From Lama guanicoe (Eukaryota): DNA of 64,000 bases. Under the pieces are notes generated by a model. That model ran no database searches. It worked only from the letters and a program-made list of their open reading frames with translations, and was not told where the DNA came from. The stretch is taken from NCBI GenBank assembly GCA_013239625.1, contig MU056216.1, positions 1,962,025 through 2,026,024 of the forward strand, given 5' to 3'. Every line of letters starts with the position of its first letter. Position 1 is the stretch's first letter. Both the position numbers and the translations under genes were made by a program. Shown piece after piece: positions 48,756-61,989 of the stretch.

Positions 48756-50112
48756 AGAACTTGGGATTTTATGTACATATGATCCACTTTCTGAGTAAAC
48801 AGAGTACAGGAAATAAAGTTGAATCCTGTATTGACTGTCCTGCAACACAATACAAACGTTGTCTTGAAAGAAAGAGCTCTCCAATTCCGTCAGAAACTTC
48901 TAAGTATATGAGTTCAGTGGCACTTGTTTTGCAGTTTTCCTTTTGCTTGCCTTGAGAGTGATGCTTTCCTCCTTTTCCCCAAACATAAGCCTTGCAGACC
49001 TATTTCTTCATGCAGAAAACTGTAGGAAGTCAAGATAGCAAAGGTGCATGCAAAATGGGAATTGAAAGAGACAACTCAAGACATGCATTTCCATCCTTGG
49101 GTACCCAGCTTCTTGACAGGATACTGCACATGGATCATGCTAATGAAGTCTGAATCTCATTATCATCTGCAAAGATCTGTAATAAGTCAGTGTGGGAGGT
49201 CCTGGTTCTGACCATTAGAAGCAATTAATGACATAGACTTGGAGATATTGTTATTCGGGAAACGGCTTCAAAAAGAAAGGCTCATAACACACTAACTTTG
49301 TGAGTGATACTGGCCATGGAAGAGTTTAAGCATAAATGTCCTTGGGTAACCACAACTGTGTTTCATAATCTGACCCAGAAGTTGCTGTGGCACCTTTGTT
49401 TCTGCCTGATGGAAAAGCTGTTTTCAGTTCAGACCCCAATTAAGAAATTATTCTACTCATCCCCATGACACAACAGATCACAGCAGCTAGCCAGAACAAT
49501 TCGATTAAAGATAGAAAAGGTAGAGAGTTACACAGAGAAGAAAACTATTCCCCGATCTATTTTATAGATCATAGTGAAGGGAAGTAACTTCATCTACTTA
49601 CCTTTAAAATACATGCTTAAATTCTGAGCAATCACATAAGTAAAAATTGAGAATTTGGGGCAAATAATGAGTTTTCTTTTAGAAGAGAGCCATTTTAATT
49701 ACTCATTTGATTAAAATTTTCAAATTAAATGGCACACATAGCTAAAGACTTCTGTCTCACAGAACCATTCAAAGTTGCGCCAATCAATAAATAAACTGTA
49801 GCACTTAGCTGTTCACCTCAACTGCCTTCACAGGTATGATCTGTATAGAAGGATGCAAATGTGGTCTCTCTGTTCTTCAAAGGGAAAACTCTCAGCATGC
49901 CTCCCTCCCAAAAAATTCAAATGTATCAGTTTGTTGAACATTCTGTCCAAAAATTAGATCACTTTTCCTTCTCAAACTTCAGATCTGGGTTCCTCAGCTC
50001 ATTATATTGTTCTTGTTGGAGGAGCAAAAGGATTCAAGCACTATTAGATATTTACTGATTATTGTCATATTATTTACCTTGCAGAGAAAGCTGTCAAGAA
50101 TAACATAAATCT

Positions 50113-50522
50113 GGATGAACCTGAAGAATGTCATTCTAAGTGAAGTAAGCCAGAAAGAGAAATAAAAATACCACATATGACTTATATGTGGAATCCAAAA
50201 AAAAAGAAAAGGCAAATGAACTTATTTACAAAACGGAAACAGACTCACAGACATAGAAAACAAACTTATGGTTACCAGGGGAGGAAGGGATAAATTGGGA
50301 GTTTGAGATTTGCAGATACTAAGTAATATATATAAAATAGATAAACAACAAATTTATACTGTATAGGGAGCTATATTCAATATCTTGTAGTAACTTATGG
50401 TGAAAAAGAATATGAAAACGAAAGTATGTATGTTCCTATGTGACTGAAGTATTGTGCTGTACACCAGAAATTGACAAAACATTGTAAACTGACTGTACTT
50501 CAATGAAAATATATTTTAAAAA
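50113..50522 (+). mobile_element. Young 5'-truncated L1 3' end
   Basis: Same family as 20330-20975; perfect 17-bp TSD aagaataacataaatct at 50096-50112 and 50523-50539. Confidence 0.95.
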
Positions 50523-50651
50523 AAGAATAACATAAATCTAAAAACCTCTTGCTCCCTTTAGTTTGCATTGGTTTGAGAAACAAGAGCTGGTTATGGACAA
50601 TGCAACATGAACGCAATTTAAGTTATTGGTCCTCATATACAGCCTGTCTTT

Positions 50652-51449
50652 TTTATGACTTTTTTTAAAATTTGAAGTATAGACAGTTACAATGTGTCAG
50701 CTTCTAGTATATAGCATAATGTCTCAGTTATACATACATACACATATATTCGTTTTCATATTCTTTTTCATTAAAGGTTTTTAGATATTGAATATAGTTC
50801 TCTGTGCTATACAGAAGAAATTTGTTTTTATCTATTTTTACATATGGTAGTTAATATTTGCAAATCTCGAATTCCCAAATTTATTCCTTCCCACCTGCTT
50901 TCCCCTGTAACCATAAGATTGTTTACTATGTCTGTAAGACTGCTTCTGTTTTGTAGATGAGTTCATTAGTGTCTTCTTTTTTGTTTTTTTAGATTCCACA
51001 TATGAGTGATACCATATGGTATTTTTCTTTCTCTTTCTGGCTTGCCTCATGTAGAATGACAATCTCCAGGTCCATCCATATTGCTGCAAATGGCATTATT
51101 TTATTCTTTTTATGGCTGAGTAGTATTCCATTGTTTTAATATAACACAACTTCTTTATCCAGTCATCTGGCAATGAACATTTAGGTTCCTTCCATGTCTT
51201 GGCTATTATACATAGTGCTGCTATGAATATGCAGGTGCAAATATCTTTTAGAATTAGAGTTCCCCCTGGATATATGCCCAGGAATGGGATTGCTGGATGA
51301 NNNNNNNNNNNNNNNNNNNNNNNNNNNNNNNNNNNNNNNNNNNNNNNNNNNNNNNNNNNNNNNNNNNNNNNNNNNNNNNNNNNNNNNNNNNNNNNNNNNN
51401 NNNNNNNNNNNNNNNNNNNNNNNNNNNNNNNNNNNNACTTTTTAATGAT
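50652..51449 (-). mobile_element. Young 5'-truncated L1 3' end (includes N gap 51301-51436)
   Basis: Reverse complement of the same family; TSD cagcctgt(c/g)ttt at 50640-50651 and 51450-51461. Confidence 0.9.
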
Positions 51450-53765
51450 CAGCCTGTGTTTTAATATTATTGGTCAAATGGAAAATCCCCTTACAGTTTA
51501 GATGAGATAATTCAATTTATATTTCAATTATTTAAATGCATGGTTTCCACTCTCCTCCAATAGTGCTAATGATATTTTTATTTTGTTTTGCTGTATTCTA
51601 CTTGTTTACTTGTTTATTTTACTTAAATGTTTTTGGTACCTGATTATCTTCAGGAAAAAAAAGACTTCATATAAGTCTTTGAAACTAAAACTGTCTTTAA
51701 AATATGTCCTCCAAAAGATAATTGACTCCTGTATCTTAGTTCCAAACAAAACATTCATCCACATAGTAACTTGAATTACATGGTGAGTTCATCAGAAAGC
51801 TATTTTGTTTAAAAAAAGAAATATTCTATGGGAGCATTATTGAGATTTTTCTTGGCCAAAATTACTTCAGTCATGCTCACTGGGTTAAAACTTTGGAGAG
51901 TTCAATCATATATTTTTTATGAGCCAAAGAGGGCATACTCTTTGTTGAAGAAAACTTTTCCTCTGGAAGTTGCTTTTGATATTGTCACTATCCTCACCAG
52001 CTCTCTGTAACGTCTGTCCTACCGAACCACAGAGTGTGACAAATGCATTTCAGGTTAACTAATGTTTCTAGCTAATCAAGCTCTTACTATTTTAAATGAT
52101 TAATAATTTTTCAACATAGATTCAATGTATTGAATGTGATTTTAAATATGCCTTTTTAAAATAGCTTGTCCCACTTCAAATGAATAATGTCACTACAGAC
52201 CACCTCAAGGGTTGTGGCTACAAACTCAGGGGAGGCGCTGCAAACATAAATGCTTTAACCTTTTAAAAAGAGGTCATTATTCAGCTCGCGATTACACTCA
52301 TTCACATTTCTATCTGTTTTAAGTAATCCTATAGAAGATTTAGCCCACAGGTTTTTACTTTGCGAATCCATGCAAACTGATTTTTAATATTTTTTAGTTC
52401 AACATTTGATTTGGAGGAAGAAGCAAGTATGGAATGTTCTTAATAAGCATCAGTTAAAGAAGAAATATCTTTCCTGGAAAAGTGGAGTGTGGTAAAAGTA
52501 AATGGTTATTATCCTCATTTCAGACTATTCCTAAAAATGTTTTCACCTGAGTATTTGGTCCATGGGATTAGGCAGAACAAAGGAATGTACCAAGACTTTG
52601 TCCAAGAGAAACAGGAGCCCAGTTGGTTCATCTGGAAATGGAGTCATTTTACAGCCATGTCAGCCTCCAGAAGTGCTCTGCAGCCCGCACCTTTGTTCTC
52701 TTTCAAGGCAGAACCTTGTGCTCCATCGGAGAAGGGGCCTCCAGAACCACCTGAACAAAAAGAATTCATTTAGGGCTCAGAGTGTAGAGAACATATGTAA
52801 AACTTCAGTGGGTCTCTTTTCTCACACTGAGCTGTGGCATGTACTGAAATTACGTGAATTCTGTTATCTCCTATGACAAGATATTTCTGCCATTAGCAAT
52901 TTGCGACTAAAAGTGCCATCTCAAAAATACCATTTGGAGTCAGTCAGCATAGAACTGTATCTATCCATTGCTTCCTATCAAAAAACATTGTATTAAATCC
53001 CACATTTTAAAAGTGTCTGAAACTAAAGCTATAGAAACTTTGGATCATAAATGTGTGTTTGTTTCTAACCTGGTAATCTTTCCATCTTACATTTACCTCG
53101 TCACTCACTCACTCATTCATTCAGCAGGTACTTATTGAACCCTTATGATGTGCATAGTTCTGTGCTGGTCCTGTAAGTGTTCAAAAGAAGTATGAGGAAA
53201 GGATACTCCTATTAAAGATTTAAATGACATAAGACAAAAGATTCAGTACTAAAATGAGTGGGAAAAGGAGTCCAAAAGGGGAAACTTCTGTGGGCTGTAG
53301 TGGTCAACAGTAAATTCACTTTAGCGTTACCCTAAAGCCAGAATTGTCAAAGTTGCTCCCTTTCCACTGCTGTCCTCTCAGCATCTCTGACTCCAGGTAC
53401 CCACTGTCCTCCACGACTTTCCTCGTTCCTCCCACAAATACAACCTCCTACACAAACACAATACCAGTTAGCTCAGGGAACCCCATTATGCACTCTCCTC
53501 CCGAGCAGGCTGCAGGAGATCTTTGCTCCCTTCCCTTTGCCTCAGCTCATCCAATCTTATCTATATGTTAGACTGTCTTCTATGTGGGGGCTTGTTTTCT
53601 GCTATGAAACTTTCCTGCAAAACATAGGCTTTTAGGACTAAATCGAAGTAATGGTTTGACCATGGTAATATTGAACATCAAATTGGGCAAGCTTTTGACC
53701 AGAAGGTCAATATATGTAACCACATGCTCTGCCAACACAGTAGGCCAGCCCATGATGACAATATC

Positions 53766-54180
53766 TGTATTAAATCAGCTTCCCTGAAAATAGGGATAGA
53801 TGAGGTGTCGACTGCAAAAAGTTCATTTGGAGAGTGCTCTCGGGAAACACACATGTAGGCCATGAAGACGGAAGTTGAAAGCAGAGAAGCTGACCTGCCA
53901 AGCTGTTGGAGTTGAGGCCTCAGCCAATCCTCTAAGGAGCTCTGGAACTGGGGGGTTGTCCCATGCTGAGGGATGGGGGCTGGACCTTTTCTCCCCATAC
54001 CATCCAGTCATTGACCACAAGCTGGCACTTAGTGGGAGTAGTTCCTTGGTAAAGGAACAGTTCCCTGTGGCAGCTCCTGTGAGAAATGAAGTGTGAGCTC
54101 ACAGCAGCCAATACGCCCAGCAGCCGGGGGAGGGAAGTGTTATTCCTGAAGAGAGAATCTGAGTGGGGACCAAAGTATGA
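53766..54180 (-). mobile_element. ERVL solo LTR, LTR16-like
   Basis: 'gagtgctctcgggaaac...gaggcctcagccaatcctctaaggagctctggaactggg...cagcagccaatacgcccagcagccgggg'. Confidence 0.8.
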
Positions 54181-55197
54181 GGGCAAGGTTGGGGGAGTGT
54201 CTGTCAGTATTAGGGTGCCCTCAACTCCTGAGTTCTTTTTAAGATGATTTCCCACACTAATTGAGTGGACGCTGATATATTCCCTTCTACCTATCCTACA
54301 TTTATATTCTGTGATCAATAAACTAAGTTCAATGACTCATGATGGCTTGTCTCAATCACCTTATTAGAGTTCCCAGGTGACAGTAACGTGGTCCCTAGAT
54401 ATTCTAGATGATGCCATCAGGTTCTTGATGATCCTTCTTGAGGAATGCAGTGGACTCTTCATCTGAGGCTGCTGTTACAGGTACCAAACTACCCAACATG
54501 CAATGAGTTCAGGCTTTTAAATTCATACATTCAGAAAGAAATTATATTTTTAACTGAAACTCTTTACCCTTGTACTTAAGCAAGAAGTTTGGTCTTTATG
54601 GAATCTATACATTTACACATGTGAAGCAAAACAGCCTTTGAGTAACCACGATTTTGCAAACCCTTGATTTCTCAAGTAATTAAAGATGGGATTTCATACT
54701 TTCAATTTAGAATGCAGTCTAAAATTTTATTTATCACACCATACTTCTAAAAGGGAGTCTCATGAAGAGAATGAAGGTTCTCATTTTAGAACAGGTAATT
54801 TAACATGGTGGGTGCCATTTCATTTGAAATATTCACACTCAACCTTCTACCAAAAATAACTGGTGTTAAATTCAAAACACATCCCACTGGGCCAAAATTT
54901 TTATCCTCTAATTATCCAGTCTAAATTTATGATGGTCTCTGCTGAGTCTCTAATCTATTTAGACATACCCTTTTTTGAATCATTGTACTTGTGACAGATA
55001 TTCAAAGTTGTTATTTGGGGACCCTTAACATTATTTTGAAATTCAATTTATACCCCTCAAAATGTAATTTATATCAAATCATGAGCTCTTTGGCCAGTTT
55101 AAAGCTGGAGAACTTTGGAATTATAACTCAGGAAGTTGAAAGCTATGGGGGACGGCTGGTTCAGCATCAAGCTCACAAGTAAAAATAATTGACTTCA

Positions 55198-55330
55198 GAG
55201 AAGGGTGTAGCTCAGTGGTAGAGTGTTTGCCTAGCATGCATGGGGTCCTGAGTTCAACCACCAGTACCCCCATTAAATAAATAAATGAATAAACCTAGTT
55301 ATCCCCCCCCAAATAACCCCAAACAAACAA
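55198..55330 (+). mobile_element. tRNA-derived SINE, Vic-1-like
   Basis: 'gggtgtagctcagtggtagag...gtcctgagttcaaccaccagtacc'; degenerate TSD ending in t(g)acttca / tggcttca. Confidence 0.9.
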
Positions 55331-57421
55331 AAAAATGGCTTCATGCAAAGGGTCTAATAATTCAATTAAACTGGCAATCATATTAAGATAGTTGCTAATT
55401 CCCTGAAAAAGGATAAAAACTTCCCAGTAACTAATCTCTAGAGGTATAGTTGATGACTCTTTTAGGAATGATTATTATACCCAGACAAATTGACATCACC
55501 ATATCACAGTTAAAGGACTTGGCGCAATGCTTTATGAGACCCTCAACTAAATAGCCACATGTTCTTGTATTACCCACTCAACTGGGTTGGGGGGCGGGGG
55601 TGCGGGGCAAGTAGTATCACTTATGAGAATATTGTTAAACCTCATTAGCAGAAGCAAACTGATTCCTCTAAGATTGTGCGTACAAACCAACATGCAGGGA
55701 GACCCTGTGATGAATGTGTTTATTAGAGCTAAAAGGAAAATTAGAGGTTGGATTCATGTCTCTCCCCAAGTGTAGCTGTGACTGAAATATAGCAGAGGGA
55801 GTGGTGGGGGCACAGAGGAAAGATTAGATGGTTTGGAAATAATTTATCCTTCCCAGTTTAATTGGAAATACTAATAAGGACAGGTCCTTTTGTCTTTCTC
55901 TTTGAGCTTTTAAAAGGCAGGATGTTCATAATAATGCTTAATACTTAAATAATGGCTTTCTTCTTCAAAGAGTTTTAAATACAGTAACTAACTACCTGCT
56001 TGAATCTGTTCTCAGCAGGCCAGGAGAGCCTCTTACCTCCAACCTAGCTAAATTGTTGAATGACACATGTTAAAATGCAGTGAGAGTGGAAAATACCAAG
56101 AAAATAATTGATCTGCAATCACCCCATAAAATCGTAGAGTGACTAGTTAAAATCCTGAGCCCTTTAATGTCCTTTTAGATCTACTATGTTTTTCAATGAA
56201 GTTTAATATTCTTTTTATTATTGTTACAAAAGAAATACATGCTTCTTGCGAAAACCTTAGAAAATGCAAGCAAGGGAAAAAACATTTTAGTTAATTGCTA
56301 ATTCACTTTATATTTTGTGATGGTTGTCTTCAGGACCTTTGTCATTTCTTTGTTTTTAAAGAGTATAGTGAGTCACAATGAACTATTAGAAGTTTAAGCC
56401 TGAAAGCTAGCTTAACCAGAGAATACACAACTAGTTCTAGCATAACCAGGGAATACAATGAGTCTGTAAAGAAATGGAAAGAGCAAGATACATTTAAAAA
56501 CAAGCAACTTGATTTTGTGTGTGTAATTTTAAGCCATCTATTCTTAAACAAGATGGTTTGGTTTCAGCTTTAGCAGCCAAAATATTTACCAGAATGTGTT
56601 CACCAGGTTTTGCTAATTTTTTTCCCTCTGAACCTTCTTTGTTCTTTATTCATGTAGTCATTCATTCAGCAATTAAGTATTGAGACTATGATGTGCGAAC
56701 AGCTTTGTGCTAGGAGCTGAAGAAGTTATTTAAACCAAGAAAAGCCTGAGAACCTGGCTCCTTATTCCTGAGTTGGACTCACCTAATTTTTAACATCGTA
56801 ATTAAATAACACTAATATATGAAGAAAGATTTGAATAAGTACCTAGAAAATAAAAACCTTTAAAGAACTTAGATTTCTCTTGTTTCATTTATAAACATTA
56901 AATTTCACAACAACAGATTCTAGATCAAGCTAACTTAAGAATTTATTTTTCATACCACAAATTTGAGCCTTATCAAAACTACATAAACCTGCTTTCTCCA
57001 TTGAGAAGCTAACTACAATATCTATGTATAATACTTCTTATAATGTAAATTTCACCTCTAAGAGAAACATTATACAAATTATGGGGTAGGAAAAAGAAAT
57101 TTTAAGGGTAAAAAAATTTTACTTAACTTACTAAGTAAAGAATTTCTAGTTCAATGAACTCCTCTGGAAGAGAGAAGGCATTTTTTTTCCCCTAATATGT
57201 GCCTATAAGACTTCCTGCCTACCTTCAAGGACCAATAGGATAACACTCTCTCCAGGAGCTTCCTGGGTCAGTGATTATCTCCCATCTGTGAAATCCGAAG
57301 GCACTTATTAAACACAAGTTACATATAAGACATGCATGTAAGATGAAAACATTATTGGTTACCTTGCTGTCTGAATATATTTGCCTTCCCAGGCTAGATT
57401 ATAAGTGCTCTGAGGAAAGGC

Positions 57422-57899
57422 TGTGGTGATGGCTAATGTTAAAAGAAAAAAAAAATGATTTCTGAGTATGTCTGTGAAGGTGTTTCTGGAAGAGATTATC
57501 ATTTGAAAAGACTGAGTAAGGAAAATCACCCTGTGGACGGGCATCATCCAATCCACTGAGGGCCTGAAATAGAACAAAAAGGGAGAGGAAGGGCAAACTT
57601 TTTCTCTCTTTGCCAGAGTTGGGGTATCTATTTTCTCCTGCCCTCACACATCAGTGCTCCTGGTTCTGGAGCCTTCTGATTCAGATCAGGACTTATACCA
57701 TTGGCTTCCTCTGGTTCCCGGGTCTTTACCCCAGGAATTACCCCACAGGCTTTCCTGGTTCTCCAGCTTGCAGACACAGTTTATGGGACTTTCTATAATA
57801 AATCATGTGAGCTAATTCGTATAATAAATTTCCTCTTTTATCTACATAGCCACATATAACCTGTTGGTTCTGTTTCTCTGGAGAACCCCGCCTAATCCA
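57422..57899 (+). mobile_element. ERVL solo LTR, MLT2B-like
   Basis: 'gggcatcatccaatccactgagggcctgaaatagaacaaaaagg...ttggttctgtttctctggagaaccc'. Confidence 0.9.
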
Positions 57900-58379
57900 G
57901 TTGTCTCCCTTACGTTTCATTATATTTTCCCAAAGTGCCTCCCAAACCACTACTGCTATTACTGCTACGTAACAGCAAGGGGTTCTATCAACATAAAATC
58001 CTAAGATGCTGCAATGCAGCAGCCCTGGTGATTTTCACAGTGCTGATTGTATACTTCAGTACACGTTCTCTTTAAAACTACACTAAATCCTGTCTACTTT
58101 AGTCAAGGTCCCCTTTCTTCTTCTTAAACATACTGATCATTTTGTGGCTTCCTGTGTTTAACAATAGGAAGATTTTTAAATGGCTGCTTGTAAACGAGGT
58201 GGGATAGGACAAAGAGTAACACAGACACAATCGCCTCAGTCCCAGGCAGGCTCCAGACACCGTGTAGGAGAGCCACCCTTAGACAGTAAGGCCTCAGCCT
58301 TAGACATGGACACCAGGATAGGCAGGACCACTGTCCCAAGGGAGGAGAATGGTGAAAATTCATGACCTTTTTTTTTTCC

Positions 58380-58630
58380 CTCTAACAAAAAATCATTTTA
58401 TTATACATCATGATGTTGTGGGCCAGAGATCAGCTGGGTGATTTTTTCGTTCTATGTGGAGGTAACAGGGTCCAAGATGCTTTCAACTGCCTCCTGGTGC
58501 CTTGGTGGCAATGGCTGGGAGGCCAGACTCAGGTAGGACATACATCTGTATGTGGCCTTTCTTTCCATCACAGTGGTCCAGTCAGACTTTAATGTGGCAT
58601 CTTGGGGCTCCCAGAGGGAGTACCAAATAC
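58380..58630 (-). mobile_element. MaLR LTR fragment, MLT1G/H-like
   Basis: 'cattttattatacatcatgatgttgtgggccagag..cagctgggtgattttt...gtcagactt'. Confidence 0.6.
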
Positions 58631-58642
58631 AAGAACAAGTAT

Positions 58643-58786
58643 GGGCGGAGGGTGTAGTCCAAGTGGTAGAGCACATGCTTAGCATGAATGAGGTCTTGGG
58701 TTCAATTCCCCCATACCTCCTCTAAAAATAGGTAAATAAATAGACCTAATTACATCCCCTCTCCCAAAAAATTTAAAAAAAAATGA
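58643..58786 (+). mobile_element. tRNA-derived SINE, Vic-1-like
   Basis: 'ggtgtagtccaagtggtagagcacatgcttagcatg...gggttcaattcc'; 11-bp TSD aagaacaagta at 58631-58641 and 58787-58797. Confidence 0.9.
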
Positions 58787-59163
58787 AAGAACAAGTACAA
58801 ATCCTTTCTGACGACTTAAAAGTTTGTCCTTTGCTTCATTACCAAAAAAGTGTGTTTCATTAAATAATATTCTTAGGAAAAGACGTTTTGTTTTTAATAA
58901 GAACGTTCTTACTATTATACCTCACTTTTTAAAGTTGTGTTACTGTTTTTGCTATTATAAAGATCACACATACAGTCATGAAAGAGATGCAAACAAAATA
59001 TAAAAGTATAAGGAATGAAGTAAAAATAATCTAAAATCCCATGGTAAACATCTTCATAGATAGCTGTGTATATATATATTATTTTTTATATATACACATA
59101 TATATGACTTTTATAAACATGACATTGATGCCACTTTATAACTTAGTCTTGGAGAGGCCCGAG

Positions 59164-59165
59164 GA

Positions 59166-59208
<43 letters not shown>

Positions 59209-59240
59209 CAAGCAAGCAGGCAGGCAGGAAGGCAGGCAAG
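59164..59240. repeat. Compound tetranucleotide microsatellite (GAAA)11-(GCAA)2-(GCAG)n
   Basis: Read directly from the sequence. Confidence 0.95.
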
Positions 59241-59254
59241 AGCAAAAGGGAAGA

Positions 59255-59667
59255 GTAGCTTGAATAAATTAGGCTTTCATTTTTCTCTAACTGCAAGAAG
59301 TCTAGAAGTAGAAAATGTAAGGCTGGTCAGCAGCTCCATGATGCAATCCGTATCCAAATTCCTTCATCCTTCCACTCAGCCATCCTAGTCCCAAGATGAC
59401 CACTTCACCTCCCAATGCGGTAACCACGCTCCAGGTGGAAAGAAGGTGAAGATAGGAGGGAAAAGGGCAAAAATGTTCAAACCAGCTAACTCCTTTTATG
59501 GGTTTTCCTGGAGGTCCTACTCAAAAATTTCTGCTCCCACCTCAGAATTGGGAACATGATTGACTTCTTCTGCAAGGAGGACTGAGAAATACAAGTTTGT
59601 TTTGTTTTGTTGGCTTGCACATAAGGAAGGGACAATGCACATTAGGAAGGCAACCATCTCTGCCACA
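59255..59667 (-). mobile_element. MaLR LTR, MLT1K/L-like
   Basis: 'tagcttgaataaattaggctt...cagaattgggaacatga...ctgcaaggaggactgagaaat...caaccatctctgccaca'. Confidence 0.65.
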
Positions 59668-60561
59668 GTAACCAATATGTGGTATTTTTTTTACGTACGT
59701 AAGTGAATGTATACGTACATATTCCCAAGAAATTTGATCTAAGAGAGGAAAAGACAAGATGGATAACTTTTATATAGAAAGAGAAGTCCAAATGTATAAG
59801 AGATTGATTTTAGAATAAAGTCTATGAGAATTCGCAATGAAAAGAGATTTTTTTTTTCATTTTCACTGCAAGTTAACAAATATCTAAGGTGTGACAGGAA
59901 AAAAACCAATCACAGAAGTATTTCCCTGCCCTCAAGGATCTCAGCCTAGTGACAGATGTTCAAATAAACAATTTGATATAATATAAAAATCCCTAATACA
60001 CTGAGAAATGCATAAAGGAATATGAGAGGGGTGGGAGAGCTTTGGAAAGGAATGTAGAGAAGCCTACCTGTGCCCTAGCTTGAAAGATATGTAAAAGTAC
60101 ACCAAGATGATAAAATAAGGGGAGGATTTTTCAGAGCAACGGAGCGGTAAAATGCCATGTGTGTCAGGTGCTAACCGGCCTTTTTAAAACACTGTACAAG
60201 AGGCTCACGTGCAGCCCAGGTTGCTCAGAGTTTGGTGTATGAATCCCACGCACCACAAGTACGATACTCTACCCCCTGTGATTTTATTCAGTTAAACCAT
60301 TGCTTCTGAACGTGCTCTTCAGAACTCTTACGCACGTCAACATTTGAGAACCCCAGGTCTAGCTTGATGGAAGGGAAACTGGATCAAAAAGACTATCCAG
60401 GACCCTATCAATATTTTCTTGTTTTCCTGCCTTGTAGCAGTCTAACTACATTTCTGAATTATGTTGATTTTAACCCCTTCTTGGACACTCCCTCCCTGAG
60501 GTCCTGGCTCTGAATCCATCCCATGGTGCTGATGTAGGCAAAACAATACAAAGACGTTGAA

Positions 60562-60968
60562 GCCCTGGGTCTGAGACTTTATCCACTTTTTGTGTGAAAG
60601 ACCTCTTAGGTAATCTAATGAAGCTATAAACCTCACTTCTAAAAATAATGTTTTTAAATACATAAAACAATTATATTGAAATACAGTTATCAACATCTTG
60701 CAAAAAAGAAGTAAATTTTCAGCACTGTTATGTGCTTTTCTTTATGCACTAAATAACAAGCAAATGTATAATAAATTATATATACAGAGCTACACTAATG
60801 TGAAGGTTATGGTTGCTCAGCTTGAATAGAATATTAACAGAGGTCTTTGGCAAAGCAACTTGTTTGTCATATCAAGCATGAAAGCATATGTATTTTTTTT
60901 CCTTCCAAGTTAATGGAAGTTCCTGAAATCACATGTGTCTCTGTGGACCCCACATTAAGAGCCCCTAT
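60562..60968. mobile_element. Charlie4-like hAT DNA transposon remnant
   Basis: 'aataatgtttttaaatacataaaacaattatattgaaatacagttatcaa'; ends 'ggaccccacattaagagccccta'. Confidence 0.7.
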
Positions 60969-61019
60969 CTAGGAGATTACTGAGTTGAGTTGGCCTCAGA
61001 TGGATGCATGTGAGAAATG

Positions 61020-61915
61020 TGAAGGGGCAATTTGAATTATGACAATAGTTGGGGGGATGCTATTGGCCATTAGAGGACAGGAGGGCCAGGAATGTTGGAT
61101 GGTCAGTAGTGTGCAGAGGAAGTCTCATACTACAAAACACTGCACTGTCCTGCATGACTCTCTAATGTCCTACCATATACACAGGTAGGTGAAAATCCTC
61201 TCTATAGTCTCCTGAACCTAAAATCTATCTCTGTTTTACACAGGAACACAAAAATAATACATGCTGAATTATCTAGGAAGGCAACTATGATGTAAATTGA
61301 GGGAGGGATACTTGTCATTTGTTTTGTTAAAAACTTTACTAAGGATTGTTCACCATTTTGGAAAATTATGTCACCGGTAGCAAAGCCACTGAAGGAATCT
61401 GAGTCTCAAATAACAAAACACCTGCATCTTGTAGCTATTACATTCATATGATTCTACGTATGGATGTGCATAAGTAGGTGTGCATAGCCATATTTATTTA
61501 AATGTCAAACATCAAGTAACATATAAAATAAATAGTTAATAAGATAAATGATAAAAGTAAAATAAAAATAGAAAGCAACAATACCGGTAGTATTGAGCTG
61601 AATATTGTTTTCCTTCTCTTAAATCCAAACTTGAACAGTGTAAGTAGATGAAAGCATGTAACTACTTCTTAATGTCTTCTAGTGTGGTCATATTCAAACA
61701 TTTATTTACATGTCAAAAAGTACATTATTTTTGATAACTTACTATCCTTTTACTAATACATTATATAGCAGTTATGACATTATATTGATCGCTTAGACAT
61801 TCTATATATTGTTAAGTGACATTAGCTATGCATTTTATTTCATGAGGTAAAGAAGGCATTATAAGATATTTATTACAAAAATATGTATCTGGGTAAGATA
61901 CAGTTAGGAACCATT
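61020..61915. mobile_element. MER20B-like hAT DNA transposon
   Basis: 'gggggatgctattggc...gccaggaatg...gtaggtgaaaatcc...ctgaacctaaaatctatctctgttttaca'; ends 'gttaggaacca'. Confidence 0.7.
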
Positions 61916-61989
61916 TGATCCAGTCCACAATTTTCACAGAACTTCTCTAAAACAGCTGTTAAACTACATGCTTCGTTCCACAAGAAGAA

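Noticed and set aside
52547-52752. Minus-strand pseudo-exon (ttcttttgttcag|gtgg ... cag|gtgaaa)
   Set aside because: Stops in all three frames and a weak donor; cannot be supported without RNA data.
59041-59388. ORF with ERKK repeats
   Set aside because: Translation of the GAAA microsatellite.
59691-59720. Palindrome ttacgtacgtaa and nearby tacgta
   Set aside because: Most simply a decayed (TAYG)n-type microsatellite; a 12-bp palindrome is expected by chance in 64 kb.
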